Below are positions 30,001 through 41,900 of a DNA stretch of 64,000 bases, in pieces (positions within the stretch are counted from its first letter, which is position 1; the number at the start of each line of letters is the position of its first letter). This DNA is from an uncultured Candidatus Poseidoniales archaeon. GTDB lineage: Archaea; Thermoplasmatota; Poseidoniia; Poseidoniales; Poseidoniaceae. Location: positions 3,568 to 67,567 of the forward strand of contig CAJJCM010000026.1 of NCBI GenBank assembly GCA_905182635.1. The letters are read 5' to 3'. The translations under genes were made by a program, and so were the position numbers. The notes under the pieces are model-generated. The model was not told where the DNA came from, did not search any database, and saw only the letters and a program-made list of their open reading frames with translations.

Positions 30001-31529
30001 TTGACGATACCACCTTTGATTCGCATTCCATCGCCACCATTGTTGGTCACCGTATTATCATAGAGTGTAGCGGATGACATGAATACATGTATTGCTGGAC
30101 AGGCAAACTCTCCACCATACAATTGGGAATTACAAACACCTGTGTTGTTTGAGATTTGGTTGTTGGCGAAATATAATCGAGCCGCTGTTGGAGTTGGGAT
30201 GCCTTGCCAACTGGAGTCTCCAAAGTGGTATTCTCCAATCAAGACTGCTTCAGCACCAGTGTCTTGGATTGTATTATTTTCTGCACTCACATCCGAAGTA
30301 CCATAAATCCACAATCCATTGTAGCCGGTAATTGGGCCAATCACGTTATTATTTGCAACGACAAAGGAATCACGAATACCGAATCCAGAACCTTTATCAG
30401 CACCAGAAATTGTGTTTCCAGTTGCTTCAACAATTGCACCATCGTAGGCGGTAATTCCTGCACCCTCTACGGTTGTAATGATGTTGTCGCTAAGATAGAG
30501 AGTATGGTTGATTGTCCCAGTGACTTTGTGAGAATTGGTGTCAATCCCGTTGCATTTGACAATGAGGGTCGAGTCGGTTAATGAACCGGAACTTTGTTTC
30601 AAATACACACCTTGTGCATTCTCGTTGATGTCAAGCCGTGAAAAATCAATGTACGAACTTTCTATGTGAATCATACTTCGTCCGTCGTCGCATGATGGTT
30701 CTGTAGTTCCAGTAAAGACTGAATCACGAACCTTCATTGTGGCTAGAATTCCTGCACCTGCACCATAAGCACGGATTGCTGCTGCATCATATCCACTTCC
30801 ATCAATTCCGAGTGTAAATGTGGAATCAGTAATCGTCGGGGATGCTAAATCAAGAGCAAGGATGTTTGAAGTATTGATGTCTTTGAAAGAGAGCCCAGTA
30901 GCGGTTGTTGACGAGCCATCAAACACCAAGACTCCGTATTGCTTACCACTCACTTGGCTGGCGTCAAAAGGAAAACCGTATGCATTTTCAAAGTGAGCAA
31001 ACTTGATCGAAGTGATTGCCTGGTCAATTGTCGACCGAATAATCATCCCCGAACCACAGCCTGTGTCATCGTTCCAATTTGGATTATTACTATTGTTTGA
31101 ATAACATCGTCCAGTGATGGTATAATCAGTAGGTGTCGACCAAACGAATCGTGCTTGGTTACCAGCAGAACCGGAACTTGCGCCACATGAATTATCTGCG
31201 ATACAAATCGCACCTTCGACATCGATATAGGCTCCATATGGAAGGTTGATTGTCGTTCCAGCATTGACAATGAGTTGTGCACCTTCGGCAACGGTAACAT
31301 CACCGTCAAGGTTCATAGTGCCAGTCCAAGTTTCAGTACCGGAGATTATACCCGACTTCGTTTCGTTCACCGCAGATGCGGCTGGTATGGTAATCAATCC
31401 AGTTAAGATGGAAAGCAACAGGAGTGCAACCAACGATATGCTTTTGCGTGATGTTGTGTTCTTCAAAATAGACACCTCTTCATTCCCCCCACTTTCCTCT
31501 CGAATATAAGACTGCGCCTCTATTGCCAC
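27096..31529 (-). CDS. Giant (1477 aa) surface protein with right-handed parallel beta-helix (PbH1/NosD-like) repeats, Ig-like domains, a C-terminal transmembrane anchor and a Trp-containing cytoplasmic tail
   Basis: Signal peptide (LVALLLLSILTGLITIPAASA). Repeated GxxxNNxI/T beta-helix rungs (NTISGADKGSGFGIRDSFVVANNNVIG...). Cys/Asp-rich CADGYDNDGDTKVDSEDADC motif. Transmembrane segment WILAIIVGVIILLGAGMFFF. Tail ends HPGWIWDADSNNWVPDPNYIPEQ. Confidence 0.8.
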   Translation of the reverse strand: MAIEAQSYIREESGGNEEVSILKNTTSRKSISLVALLLLSILTGLITIPAASAVNETKSGIISGTETWTGTMNLDGDVTVAEGAQLIVNAGTTINLPYGAYIDVEGAICIADNSCGASSGSAGNQARFVWSTPTDYTITGRCYSNNSNNPNWNDDTGCGSGMIIRSTIDQAITSIKFAHFENAYGFPFDASQVSGKQYGVLVFDGSSTTATGLSFKDINTSNILALDLASPTITDSTFTLGIDGSGYDAAAIRAYGAGAGILATMKVRDSVFTGTTEPSCDDGRSMIHIESSYIDFSRLDINENAQGVYLKQSSGSLTDSTLIVKCNGIDTNSHKVTGTINHTLYLSDNIITTVEGAGITAYDGAIVEATGNTISGADKGSGFGIRDSFVVANNNVIGPITGYNGLWIYGTSDVSAENNTIQDTGAEAVLIGEYHFGDSSWQGIPTPTAARLYFANNQISNNTGVCNSQLYGGEFACPAIHVFMSSATLYDNTVTNNGGDGMRIKGGIVNAQRNTIEVTGFAVNISHYDDNAGSKYGSIAYFSGNTYTNASQVYNITESRVIVQSEFIPDAGGNELYPVQLSWLSPECPLILAECLLVPSTSLMPPAFMPMALEVIENSTVFSYANLQNFDSSKIHVQNQNSAWGSQVREGELVRYQVKAKNSNVVDATVIIRDATGLPLYTLTTDAFGFTPEVSLPSDFLLDRDWNHLVGELNVRVQDDNTIPAVWLDENSCADGYDNDGDTKVDSEDADCTNGRELPFYFVEAYMFGKGQKEFDFVLSGSIDDVINLDNLKPSVTVTQNDGFSFATTVTLTGTSWDGISGPYGNSDFVAYQNQFGIIKRVEVKPPGSSDWYSAIDVSGAAGMITKSNHPFKTWNFDWEMSAHPEGEGDVTFRVRSYDGLDYSPVEVRKYKLNLVAPSILVNTPNDGTFHDNAKVTFTGTASDPYSGTWGSDINSIWFDINGPNDYTANFDIPGSTAWAYDWMFQELQTGDYTFRIWASDSDFCNLKSSWMDCAYESRTISVNTENAIPFVTVNSPVLNDILRANETQLIEGWAFDNDGLVTRVEITIYDLASGAKINNGPDPVTTFAPNGGWQTTWDTSNLIHDQQYELFIKSWDGKSYSVESSIRITIDNPSDADNLIPEFNYSNWVSTITLFCDSNTQKQDRCNSGISIDLTDHFSDPDGPVSSSTNGLTFDVYDDPGNFEDDDYVNYLTFDANGVVKYNPAFVTGLPDDISEWSLIGLMFEARDSYDSVAFSAKVNIIVVEVSFTVTRDGDGPLGPGSPAYFSGQGLPNSVIEARYDSLSGLRLNSTRVNADATWSMEISSNQLAGNEGSRNIIFEMDDQVFRLPGENSEAMFQLSVGDGEASSSNFGWILAIIVGVIILLGAGMFFFQVEYDDLDEEAELMAAEEQVTADPYAWAKARKELVSIPPAQVPTTPAVVQQQVSATPHVAQHPGWIWDADSNNWVPDPNYIPEQ

Positions 31530-31532
31530 TTT

Positions 31533-31562
31533 TATAATATCAATTCCAATCTATAATATCAC
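31533..31562. promoter_or_regulatory. AT-rich upstream region of the beta-helix protein gene containing a 10-bp direct repeat, tataatatca x2 spaced 20 bp, giving TATA-box-like elements
   Basis: tataatatca occurs at 31533-31542 and again at 31553-31562. It lies immediately 5' of the minus-strand gene start at 31529. Confidence 0.3.
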
Positions 31563-31687
31563 ACATTACCGCCTTATTGTATCAAATAGTTGTCAAAATA
31601 TCAATAGATTTGCTTGGGAAGTAGAGTGAAACAGTCTTAGATAATGCTTTCAGGGGTTTTGACTTCAATTTGAAGCACGTGTTAATT

Positions 31688-32911
31688 TCAACAAGAAGGA
31701 ATCTGAATCGCCAAGTCCTGATACCAATCCAAGGCTTGAAGTTGACCGTATCCCCAATGGTCGTCGTGGGCAACAGAATCATCATACTTGAGCGAGGAGT
31801 TCATCAATGAATATTTTACTTGATCAATGCATTCACCATTCGAGGATGATGTCGGTCTGTACTCTGGAAATGCTTCGAGAAGCAAAGATAATGCGCCAGT
31901 GACGAAGACTGTTGAATCTGAAGTGCCACTGCTCGAATACCAATTGTTACCCATGCCAGTACTGATAATATTCTCACCAGGCGCGATGATTTCAGGCTTC
32001 ATGTGTGGATTCTGTCGAAGAGTTCCATCGGAAAGAATTTGTGAGCCTGCAGAAGAATTCACCCATACTGTTTGTTCTTGAGTTGATGCCCCAACCGTAA
32101 TCACGCGTGGAACATTGCCTGGGACTGAAACTAAACCGTCGTCCGCATCACCACCATCGTTACCCGCAGCAGCGACAACAAATATGCCTGAATCAACCGC
32201 TCGGCGAACAGCAGATACGCTTGAGCCTTCGGTATGCATCTCGATGTTCTGCTCACCACCAAGTGAAAGTGAAATAATATCAGCCTTGAATTCATCTTGA
32301 CACCATGAGATTGCATTTGCCACTGTTTGTTCTGAACCACTGTTCATGTCATCCTCATCAGCAGCTAAAGCAGCAACCATTGCTAGAGTGATATTTGGGG
32401 CGATACCTAATTGATGGCTTCCCGATACAAGAATTCCCGCCATCAGGGTGCCGTGGGCGATAAATCCGTAATCAATCGGTGCATTCGAACTACCAATCAT
32501 ATCTTTGAACGTCACCTCGACTTCAGAAAAGGCAGGATTACTCAAATCCAAACCAGTATCGACCATACATACCTTGACCCCAGCACCCGTAAGACCAAGT
32601 TCGGAAAAATCATTGAATTGAGATTGTTCATTCGCCCATTCAGATTTTGGTGGTGACAGTTCAATAAACAGTAAACCGGAATTCCACACGACGAGTAGGA
32701 TAATGACAAGGACTGCAAAGATTACTCCATTGGTAGCCAGAATCCTCTTTCGTCGTAATTGAGGCATAGGTATGGCATCTAAGGGTGCCCATCCCGTCAC
32801 TTCAGCACGCCAACCATCTTGGAACCCAACTGCGGAAGGGTCAATGGCGGAAAGAATGCGTGAATCTTCGGGTTCAGGGAGATATTCAAAGCTCTCTAAT
32901 CCCTTCATCAT
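31688..32911 (-). CDS. Membrane-anchored subtilisin-like serine protease (peptidase S8)
   Basis: Catalytic Asp VKVCMVDTGLD, His HGTLMAGIL and Ser GTSDSTVFVTGALSLL. N-terminal transmembrane anchor RKRILATNGVIFAVLVIILLVVW. Confidence 0.85.
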   Translation of the reverse strand: MMKGLESFEYLPEPEDSRILSAIDPSAVGFQDGWRAEVTGWAPLDAIPMPQLRRKRILATNGVIFAVLVIILLVVWNSGLLFIELSPPKSEWANEQSQFNDFSELGLTGAGVKVCMVDTGLDLSNPAFSEVEVTFKDMIGSSNAPIDYGFIAHGTLMAGILVSGSHQLGIAPNITLAMVAALAADEDDMNSGSEQTVANAISWCQDEFKADIISLSLGGEQNIEMHTEGSSVSAVRRAVDSGIFVVAAAGNDGGDADDGLVSVPGNVPRVITVGASTQEQTVWVNSSAGSQILSDGTLRQNPHMKPEIIAPGENIISTGMGNNWYSSSGTSDSTVFVTGALSLLLEAFPEYRPTSSSNGECIDQVKYSLMNSSLKYDDSVAHDDHWGYGQLQALDWYQDLAIQIPSC

Positions 32912-32978
32912 TCCACCTCCATGGCACTACACCAACAAAGTTACTTGAGTAACTTTGGATATAATGTGTTGTCTGGTA

Positions 32979-35900
32979 TCAGAATCGAGATGGCGAAGAC
33001 TTAGCACGAGCAGCACGAACTCCACCGAAAATCACAAGAACACCAAGTATGAAAATCGCCACAGTAAGCCATATCGAATCTTCTGAATCTCCAGAGATGT
33101 AATAGTCGATCGAGAAGTCAATCGTTTGTTCTCCATCTTCAATTCCGATTTGTTGAGTTACTTGTGAACTGTCTTCGCCAACAACCTCGACTCGGATTTC
33201 GAATCGAACTGTACCCTTGGCATCATCAGCAAGCAAATCAAATTCAGCAATTGTCGTTCCATTTGGATTGAGGGTAATCGTCTGTTGACCGAGCGACTTA
33301 CCATCGACGATATTTGCAGATACAATTACATCAGAACTCCCTAAGAAACCAAGGTTTGTGACTGGAATCCGGAGTTTTCCTGCAGTGTCAGCATCGTTAT
33401 CGGAAAGTGTCACAATATCTCCTTGATCGATAAAGAGCACGATACTTGCCTTCGAAATAATAACATCAAAGGATTCGGTCTTGATACCGTTTTCACTGGT
33501 CACTTTAACCGTCACAGTCTTACTACCTGAAACAAAGTCATCAGGTGCATATGCAGTAAATAATTGAGAACGACTGTCGTCCTTTGTAATGTTTATGACT
33601 GAATTCATAGGAGTAACTTCCCAACCGTCCGGAATATTATCAAGGAGTTCAATTGTAAACGAATCATCACCATTTCCAGTATTTTCGAGCATGAATCCAA
33701 ATGTGCTACTACCGCCGGCACCAATTCCAATTTCAGTGGGTTTATCATTGGCTTCAAAGTCATAGATTTGCGGAACTTGAACAGTCAGCGCAATTTCACT
33801 GGAAGGTGTCGAATCGGTAATCAAACGCACCTTAAGCGTATGAGGGTCTTGCAAATGCCAGGCTTCGGATTGGTTGGCTGTAAGGATACGAACTCGGAGC
33901 ATTGTTGAAGATTCAACAGTGGTATCATTCGAGTTGTTTCCAATTCCGAGTGAAATCTCATGTGAATCGACAAATGCAGTGCCATTCCAGAATTCAATAC
34001 CCCAGTCCGCCTCGTCTGGTGAAATACCTACTTGTCCAAGAACATCAAACACTTGCACTGTTTCAGTTCCATTGTAGGTAATATTCAAATCAAATACAAT
34101 CACTTTGTAACCTTCATTTTCTTCGATTGCTAAGAATGCAAGTTCAGAACCCTCAACTGTGGTTGCGTTCACCATGCTATCTTCAACCATTGTAATCGTG
34201 GTGTCGGAATTGATAGTACGTGTGTATGAAAGGACAACCGGAGAACGACCTTCTGCAACTTGAGTCACAGCACCGGCGATGTATTTCATCTCGAGATTCA
34301 AATCATGTTGAAGGGTGGTGAAAGAAGAATCCATCTCAATTTCTTCAGCAGGCATGAGAATACTGATGCTGCCATCGGTCCCTACCGCCATATCCCATTC
34401 GATATCAGAACCGATAGCGAAAGTGACCAATGCTGTTTCATTGAGCATTGCAGAGCCATTACCTGAAGAACCAGCATGGTGTTCATCCAGTCCGATGTCT
34501 GTCCACGTTGTTGTCAAATCAATCCATCCGCCAAGAGACATCTCAAGGTCGAGGGTTGCTCCGTCGGAAATACTTGCATCGAGTAAGCCGACTGCAACAC
34601 CGCCACCATTTGTTCCAGCGTTCGCTTCTGTAACGACAACAATCCACTTACCGGGTGCAATAACTGCAGACCAAGTGAGTTGGTCATTCGCAAATTCAGG
34701 AGTGATTGTTTGTGATTCTCCTGCCATTCCTGTTGATGGGTAAAGAACAACAGATGAACCGTTCAATCGGCTCGCATCAATAATATCAGTTACATTACCA
34801 GAAACGCTAACATTTCCTGCTGTCATTTCAATATCGTAAGATTCGGGTTGTGAGTAAACAGGATAAGCGCTCAAATTCGAGACATTGTAGACTTCAGTAC
34901 TGAAACCTTCCTTGCTTACTGAAACTTGATATTCATCTTGAATTGGAACAAAGAGAGTCCAAACTCCGAATTCATCGGTTGTTACGTTGGTATCAATTTC
35001 GGTATTATTCATGCCAATAATGGACACCGTAGTGTTTGCAACACCCTCAGTTCCGTCAGGGATATTATCGTCATCAAGGTCCCAGAAGACCTTTCCACCG
35101 ATTTCAACTTCAAGTACAGCTGTGATGTTTTCAAGGACGATGATACCATCAACTGCCGATGCAGTCGAGAATGGTGACGAAGAGGTGTCAAGACTCCAGT
35201 GATGTTGAGGAGATGTTTCGTTGAGGAACAAACTCCAGTTCCCTGGCATCAATTGCTCACTGATGTTTCCATTTCCATCAGATTTGGAAAGCGTAATATT
35301 ACCAAATCCATCATGACTGACAAGGGTCACACGTATTCCAGACATGTTCGAGTCTGTGTTGAATTCTTGAAGTTGGAACTTCAATTCAATCACATCAAAG
35401 GAAGTTAAATTCAAGCCTGTTCGAACAGAAGAATTATTGCCGACAGTGAACGGGTAACGGAGTGTTTCAGTGCTTTCGTTATCGGCTAAGAATGGTGCAA
35501 AAATTGCGACCCAATCTCCTGCAGGAACATAGGAGGCGAAACTGCCGTTGACATCTGATGCCATATTAAACCACAAATCTTCGGCCTCATTTCTGAGCAA
35601 GAATTGCTTTTCAACAGCGCCGCCACTTAAGTTTGTGAATTCACCAGTGACCAAGTAGTCGTTACGTAGGGGGAACGCCAATGCTTCTTCATACACATCA
35701 AGTCCAACCATGATTGGGTCAAACGTACTTACTCCAGCGAGCATATAGTCCGATGCATTCTCATCTGCTGCCTCTGTTACGTTGAACAGGAGGCTGTAAA
35801 GTCCAGGCTCAAGAACGACGGTGATGTTACCAGCAGAGGAATAGTCAGCCGCAGTGTAATTGTGCTGTAGACCATGGTCATTGAGAGGCATGAGGGTGAA

Positions 35901-38900
35901 GGAAGGACTCATTGCAGTTCCATTTGCAAAGACCCCATCATCGCCAGCATCCATGAAGAGATTCAACTCAATGGTGAGATAATCTGGGTGAACAAACAAT
36001 TCAAGTGGATTCGGCTGTGCGTCCTCCTCATCGATAATGTTGTAATTCGTGATATTCGTAGAGTTCAATGCGTCATCATCAACAGCGAAGTCCCATTCAC
36101 CTGCTTGCAAGTTAAATGAGAACTCTCCAGCGTCAGAAATAGTAGTTCTCCATTCAAGACCATCGGCATTGGTAGCAACAACAGTTTGTACATTGTAACC
36201 CGGAACGAGTCCATCCCAAAGTGAAGAATTGTCGTAAAGGAACACAAATCCATTTGCATTCACCGTCGGCTCAAGATACATAAGACCAAGATCAAGTTCT
36301 GTATCACCGCTAAGTTCAACCAATTGACCTCCAGACATTTGTGAAGCAATGCTAAACAGCGTCATGTGGAAATCATTACCACTCGGTAGACGAATGCTGT
36401 AGTTTCCATCTGTTGCAACTGTGGTTGCGAAGGATAAGTCATTCGCAACAAAGTCAATCTCAAGGCCAGCAGCAGGCTGGCTTTGGTCGAACTTCAGATC
36501 GGCATCTTGTGCGTTCCAAAGAGAATAGGTAAAGTCGGAGTTCAAGAGTCCCCCATCGACGACACGGATACTACCATTGACCCATGTTCCGATTGCATAA
36601 GCACTCGTGGTTGAGATATCTTCTGTTTCAAGTTCGATGTGGTCAAACAAAATGTAATCATCTCCAGTTTCGTCAGAAATCGTATATGACCCCATTGGCA
36701 ACTCAATGTAAACAAGTCCATTCTCGTCTGAAGTTGAGTTGAGCGGTCCAAACAACGGGTCGCTGTTAGTGAAGATTACAACACGTCCAGCAATGTCAGT
36801 GTATGCTTCTTGCGTGAGTGGGTCCACTGGAGAAGTGAGTTGTAAAGAGATATCATGCATCTCAGGAACGCTCATCAGCAACGAAAAGTTTTCACTGGCA
36901 TCTCGAACTAAGATCGTTTCATTCAACTCATACCAGCCATCGCTGTCAACGTCCACTCGGTAATAGTACTCACCTGCTGCAAGAGGCCCGTAGGAAAAGT
37001 TACCATTTTCATCAGTGAGGATTTCCATCACTTTATCAAGACCCAAATCGACATCAACCAACTCAATCGTTTCGTTCGGGAAAGGTTGGTTAAAGAAATC
37101 ATCGAGTGTGTCTTCAAAGATTGAACCCGGCATAGTCATTGCCAAATTATACGAAGGTGAGATTTCAACATTCACTGGGTCCGGTAAAAGAACTTCCTTA
37201 CCGTTATCCAACTGAGCAATCATATTGTAAACACCTGGAATTAATCCTGTGATGTAGAATGAACCTGCCTGAACCATTGGTCCAGAGAAATCACCAGGAC
37301 CGACAAACAGTCCTGTACCATTGAGTGTTCCTGTTCCTTCGAAGGAACCTGTAGCTTCAAACGAGTCACCGACGTGTTCAGTGACCAATGTAGATACTCC
37401 GTCAGAAGTAAGACGGGCGTTCGCTTCTACTTCTCCATCGAGAAGGTAGACCATTGGGGAGGCCGAAGAATCTTGAATACAGAGTGTTTCATTCTCAGGC
37501 ATTGGGGCCGTTTCATTATCGAGACAAGAGTCGACACTTTGGTTCGAAACCCATGAGGCAACAAGTGTTCCCTTACCGCTCCAAGTTCCGTTACTCGTGT
37601 AGACTCGGTTATCCGAAATCAAACGTGTAAACGTTCCAGTAAAGTCATCTGCAAAAGCAACACCTTCACTTTCAAAGGTTCCATTTTCAGTGAAGGTAAC
37701 TTCACCAGTTCCTTGAAGGATACGGCTGTCGACTGACGAGAACGAACCATTGGTTGTTGTCAAGGTATAGTTATCAGTCATCGACCAAATATTACGCAAA
37801 ATGAAATCAGTACTGACCAGAGCATCACCATCAAAGGAATCGTGACCAGTCCATGTTACTTGACCCGAAACACCACTGCTTTCAACAGCAATATCGAATG
37901 GGGTTACGGCAGAAGCATCGTCTTTACGGTCTGCTTGGTCTGCGGTAACGTTCAGTTGAGATTCACCAAGCCAACTCATGTTTGCAACTTCACCAAGAAT
38001 AGCGGTGATGTCGTTGGTTTGACGGTCATCATTTGTCTCCGTTAGAATGTCTGTGAAACCGAGTTGTGAGAAACCACTTGAACGAATGTTATCTTGGGCA
38101 GTAATTGGGTTGTAGTCACCCGCATATGCACTGACGCGGATTCGACCGGCAGGAGCTTCAAATGACCAATCGCCATTTTCGTCAGCATCGGTGAAACCGA
38201 TTGGAACCCAATAGGTATCAGGATCAAGATCTTCGACACCTTCACCAGAGAAGGCGTCACGTTCAATCAGCAATCGAACACCAGGTAGGCCTTGGCCGTT
38301 GTCACTCATGGTAACTTGACCGGAAATCTCTGCACCGGAGTAATACTTGAGAATCTTGACAAGCGTATTTACTGTTGCCATACCTGTAGATTGCTGTCCA
38401 ATCGTCACTGAGCTGTTGGCTTCAGGTGAATACCAATTTGAGATGACAAAGTGATTTTGCATAGCACCAGGCAGTGGAGGGGCTTGGGTTAGAATACTGC
38501 CAGGGCTACCGGATTGACCAAAGTGTTGCGCTGGTTGAGGATTCGACGAACCTGAATCGAGACCAAGTGTTGAGGCGCCATATCCAATATAGGTTCGTGC
38601 AAGCATTGTATCAAAGAAGGCTGAGTTGTGATCGACTCGGACATCTTCAACTTGTAATGGGTCAATATCTGCACCCGATTGTTGGTTGAGGAAATCTTCG
38701 GTAATCGCTTGGTCAACTTCGGCACGGGTCATTTCATCAGGGAAATCGCCTCGCATAGTTTCGTACACTTCATTCATGTAAGTAGAAATATCCTGTCCAC
38801 TCAAAATAGTAGGTGCTCCGAAAATACCCATCGGTTGTCCTTGATTGTAATTCATGTCTTGAGTATAACGGCCAGCACGAGGGTACAATCTGTTGTCAAT

Positions 38901-41900
38901 TGCCAAGTATCGAATTTCATGGTCACGCTCAATGAGATCACCTGGGGCGCCGTTGTAATCTTGAACGGAATAATATCCTTCAAGGTTAATCAAGTCGTCA
39001 TACATGTCAATAATTTGCCCGTCATCAAGACTGAGTGTTAATAATTGAACGGTCAAAGAGAGACGGGTATTCGCACGATGGATGTTGGTCGCGACTGAAT
39101 CATATTCTACAATAAGGTCTGCAGTGTACCAGTATTCTCCAACTATGTAATGGGTAGTCTCATAGACATTGTCAGCACCTGTGCGGATGTTGTTTGTGAA
39201 AGTACGGTTCGCTTCGGACTGTTCAGACCAGTCTCCATCGACACATGTTGCCGACTGGGCCTCGGTACAGAGCATACGTTCTCCACCTTCGTAAATCCGC
39301 CAGTATTGAGTCGATGCGTCAAACACGCCATCGGTTTGATGGTGGCCGACTGCCAGCACGACATCGTCATTCGTTTGGAACGCTTCGAAACTGTTCAATT
39401 TAGCCAAAGTAATCATTTCGTCATGGTTATAATTGGTAGAAATGGTAGAAAAGAGGTCCATTTGGTCATCGGTGAGGTACGAATCAACGATGTTGCTGTA
39501 ACCTGAAGTGAAAGCGGTGTTATCAGTTCGAGCCTGATTGTATCCGATGTCGCCTTGGCCAAGTTGCCAGATGAACATCGAAACGAGGTCTTCTTGGCTG
39601 CGCGCCAGCAACATGTTACCGGTCGCAGGAATACCAGATTGGAAGTTATCGGAAACGGATGGGTGTTCACCCGTATCAAGTGCTTGGAATCCGTAGTCCC
39701 ACCAAGAAACGAAAGCTGGGCGCTGTGAATATGTCTCATCGGCATCTTGGGCAGCAAGCCATTGATATGCCTTGTTCCAACCTTGGTCATTGAATCCAGA
39801 ACCGAACGAGCCGAGATACCAGTTTCCATCATAACCGCTGTCGTCAAGAAGCGAAAATCCACCGACTTCCCAGCGGAATGCATCAGGGATAATGTTGTAA
39901 ATCACTTCATCAAGATCATCTTCAGCATTGTTGCTGCCAGGGATAGCAGCGTCAAGACCGTAGGTAAATTGCTGTCCCATGAGCATGACCATCACAAGCA
40001 TGATTGCAGAGAATGATGGTGTGCGCCATACTGCAATTCGAGCACCACGAATACGATCTTCAGGAGAACGGATTCCCAGTTTCTTCCAAGTCTTCACAAG
40101 GCCGTCCCAGTTTGCCCACTTCCATAGAGATACGATACCCCATGCGCCGAGAACGGCGATTGCAGGTGTGGCATTGAACATGAAACGAGCCGCTGTCCAA
40201 GCCATGAAAGAGGCTGCAAGAATCCAAACGCCGAACACGAGTTTTGTTTGTTTACGTTCACGAACAGCAGACCAAAGACAGAGGACGCCCATAATCAATG
40301 AGAGCACAAAGGTAATCGGTCCGAACTGAGCAAAGAGTTGGCCACGGTCTGGAGCGTTTGCTTCAGCAACTGTTCCGAAAATCTTAGTTTTGGTGAAATA
40401 GCCACTACCGGTAAACAAAACGTCCCATGCATTCGAGATGTTCGCTTGCTTGAGGAGCCACAATGCCAAGAAGAAAACAGCACCAGCACTGGCAAGAACG
40501 CCCAAGATAAGCAACCAAGGCTTGTCTCGGAATCCGGTTGTTACAAAGCTAATTGCCAAAGTAAACGCGAAGATGAACAAGAACGGTTGCAGACCTGTGC
40601 CATTGAGGATAAGGTTAATTTGAGGATGTCCGTAGAACGGAATTGCCATCAAGAAATTGACTGAAAGCATGGTCATGAATAAGACATTGAGTGTGGTTGA
40701 GTCACGGCGGCGGAACATGTTGAGAGCAACTTGTCCTGCATATGCAAGGAAGAGAATCGATGGTCCAACAACGAAACCTTTCCAACCAAGAGAAACAATA
40801 CCGAAACTGACACCTGCCAAAACTGCGGCGGCGAAAGCGGCTTTCCGTTGATTGATAACCGCTGAAATTGAAGCAACGAAAGCCATCGGTGTCGCTGAAG
40901 AAGTACGAATCAATCGCTCTGTTCCAGCATACTTAACCGCTCGCAACCAAAACATAAACCCGAGCGTGATGAACAGCATGATGAAAGCATCGTGGTCTGC
41001 AAGAGCCCATGTTGTGTGGCTCACGTGTGCAGGCATAAAGGCGAGAAGCCATGCTGCGATTACTGCTGCTTTTACACCGACGTGTTCGCGTGCAATAATA
41101 GCAACTGGCAAAATGGTAAGAGCGCCGTAGATAGCAGGGAGGGAAAGGATTGCCCACCAAACTGCATCGCCATTCGCAAAGAACGGTTCAAGCAACATTG
41201 CAACGACTGCAATCGACCATGTGAAAATCGGAGGTCGAGGGTTGATTCCACCGACGGGGTAGAAACGGTCAGCATCAACAATCATGTGAGCATTATTGGC
41301 AAGAATATAGTCAACAACTCGCTTCATGTACCATGGGTCAGAACCACCGGTCATGTCCCAGTTCCCAGTTCCGTATGCATTCATTGATGGCACAACATAC
41401 CATTGTGTGCGAATGACCAGACCAAAGAAGAAAGCAAGTCCAATCATGACGCCTGCCCAATGCTGATTCCAGAATAAACGAGCACCTGAATATTCATGCT
41501 CTTCACGGTTCACCCATCCGCCCCATGAATCATGGGTGGAAATTGAATAAATGGCCACGCCGATAAAGAAGGTGATTCCGAGCCAGATCAAACTGCCCCA
41601 GTTTCCGTTCAACATGTCCACAGAGAACATGCCTGAATCATACCATGATGAAACCAAATACAAAGTCCACATTGATCCGAGAGTCATTGCACGGGTATGC
41701 CAGCGCTCGGAGAACATCCCTGCGACAATCAGTGCAACCATACCGGTGAAGAAGGCTGGCCAGTAGCCAAAGTAGCCATGGTAGCCCTCAACGGTATTGA
41801 TTCCGAGTTGGTCGGCAACCGAGACACTGTCGAAATGCCAGAGACTTGCAATGTGAGCAAAAGACCAGACGGCAAGAGCAATTTGCAAGGGTAAGTTTTT

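Noticed and set aside
31533-31562. Short direct repeats considered as a possible CRISPR array or IS terminal repeat
   Set aside because: Only two 10-bp copies with no repeat-spacer periodicity and no cas or transposase genes. Better explained as promoter TATA-like elements.
34315-40664. Numerous 60-160-aa plus-strand ORFs inside the 3204-aa aglB gene, for example 34315..34743, 38679..39041, 39150..39506 and 40338..40664
   Set aside because: Antisense shadow ORFs of a long, motif-supported gene. None has a recognisable motif or signal.
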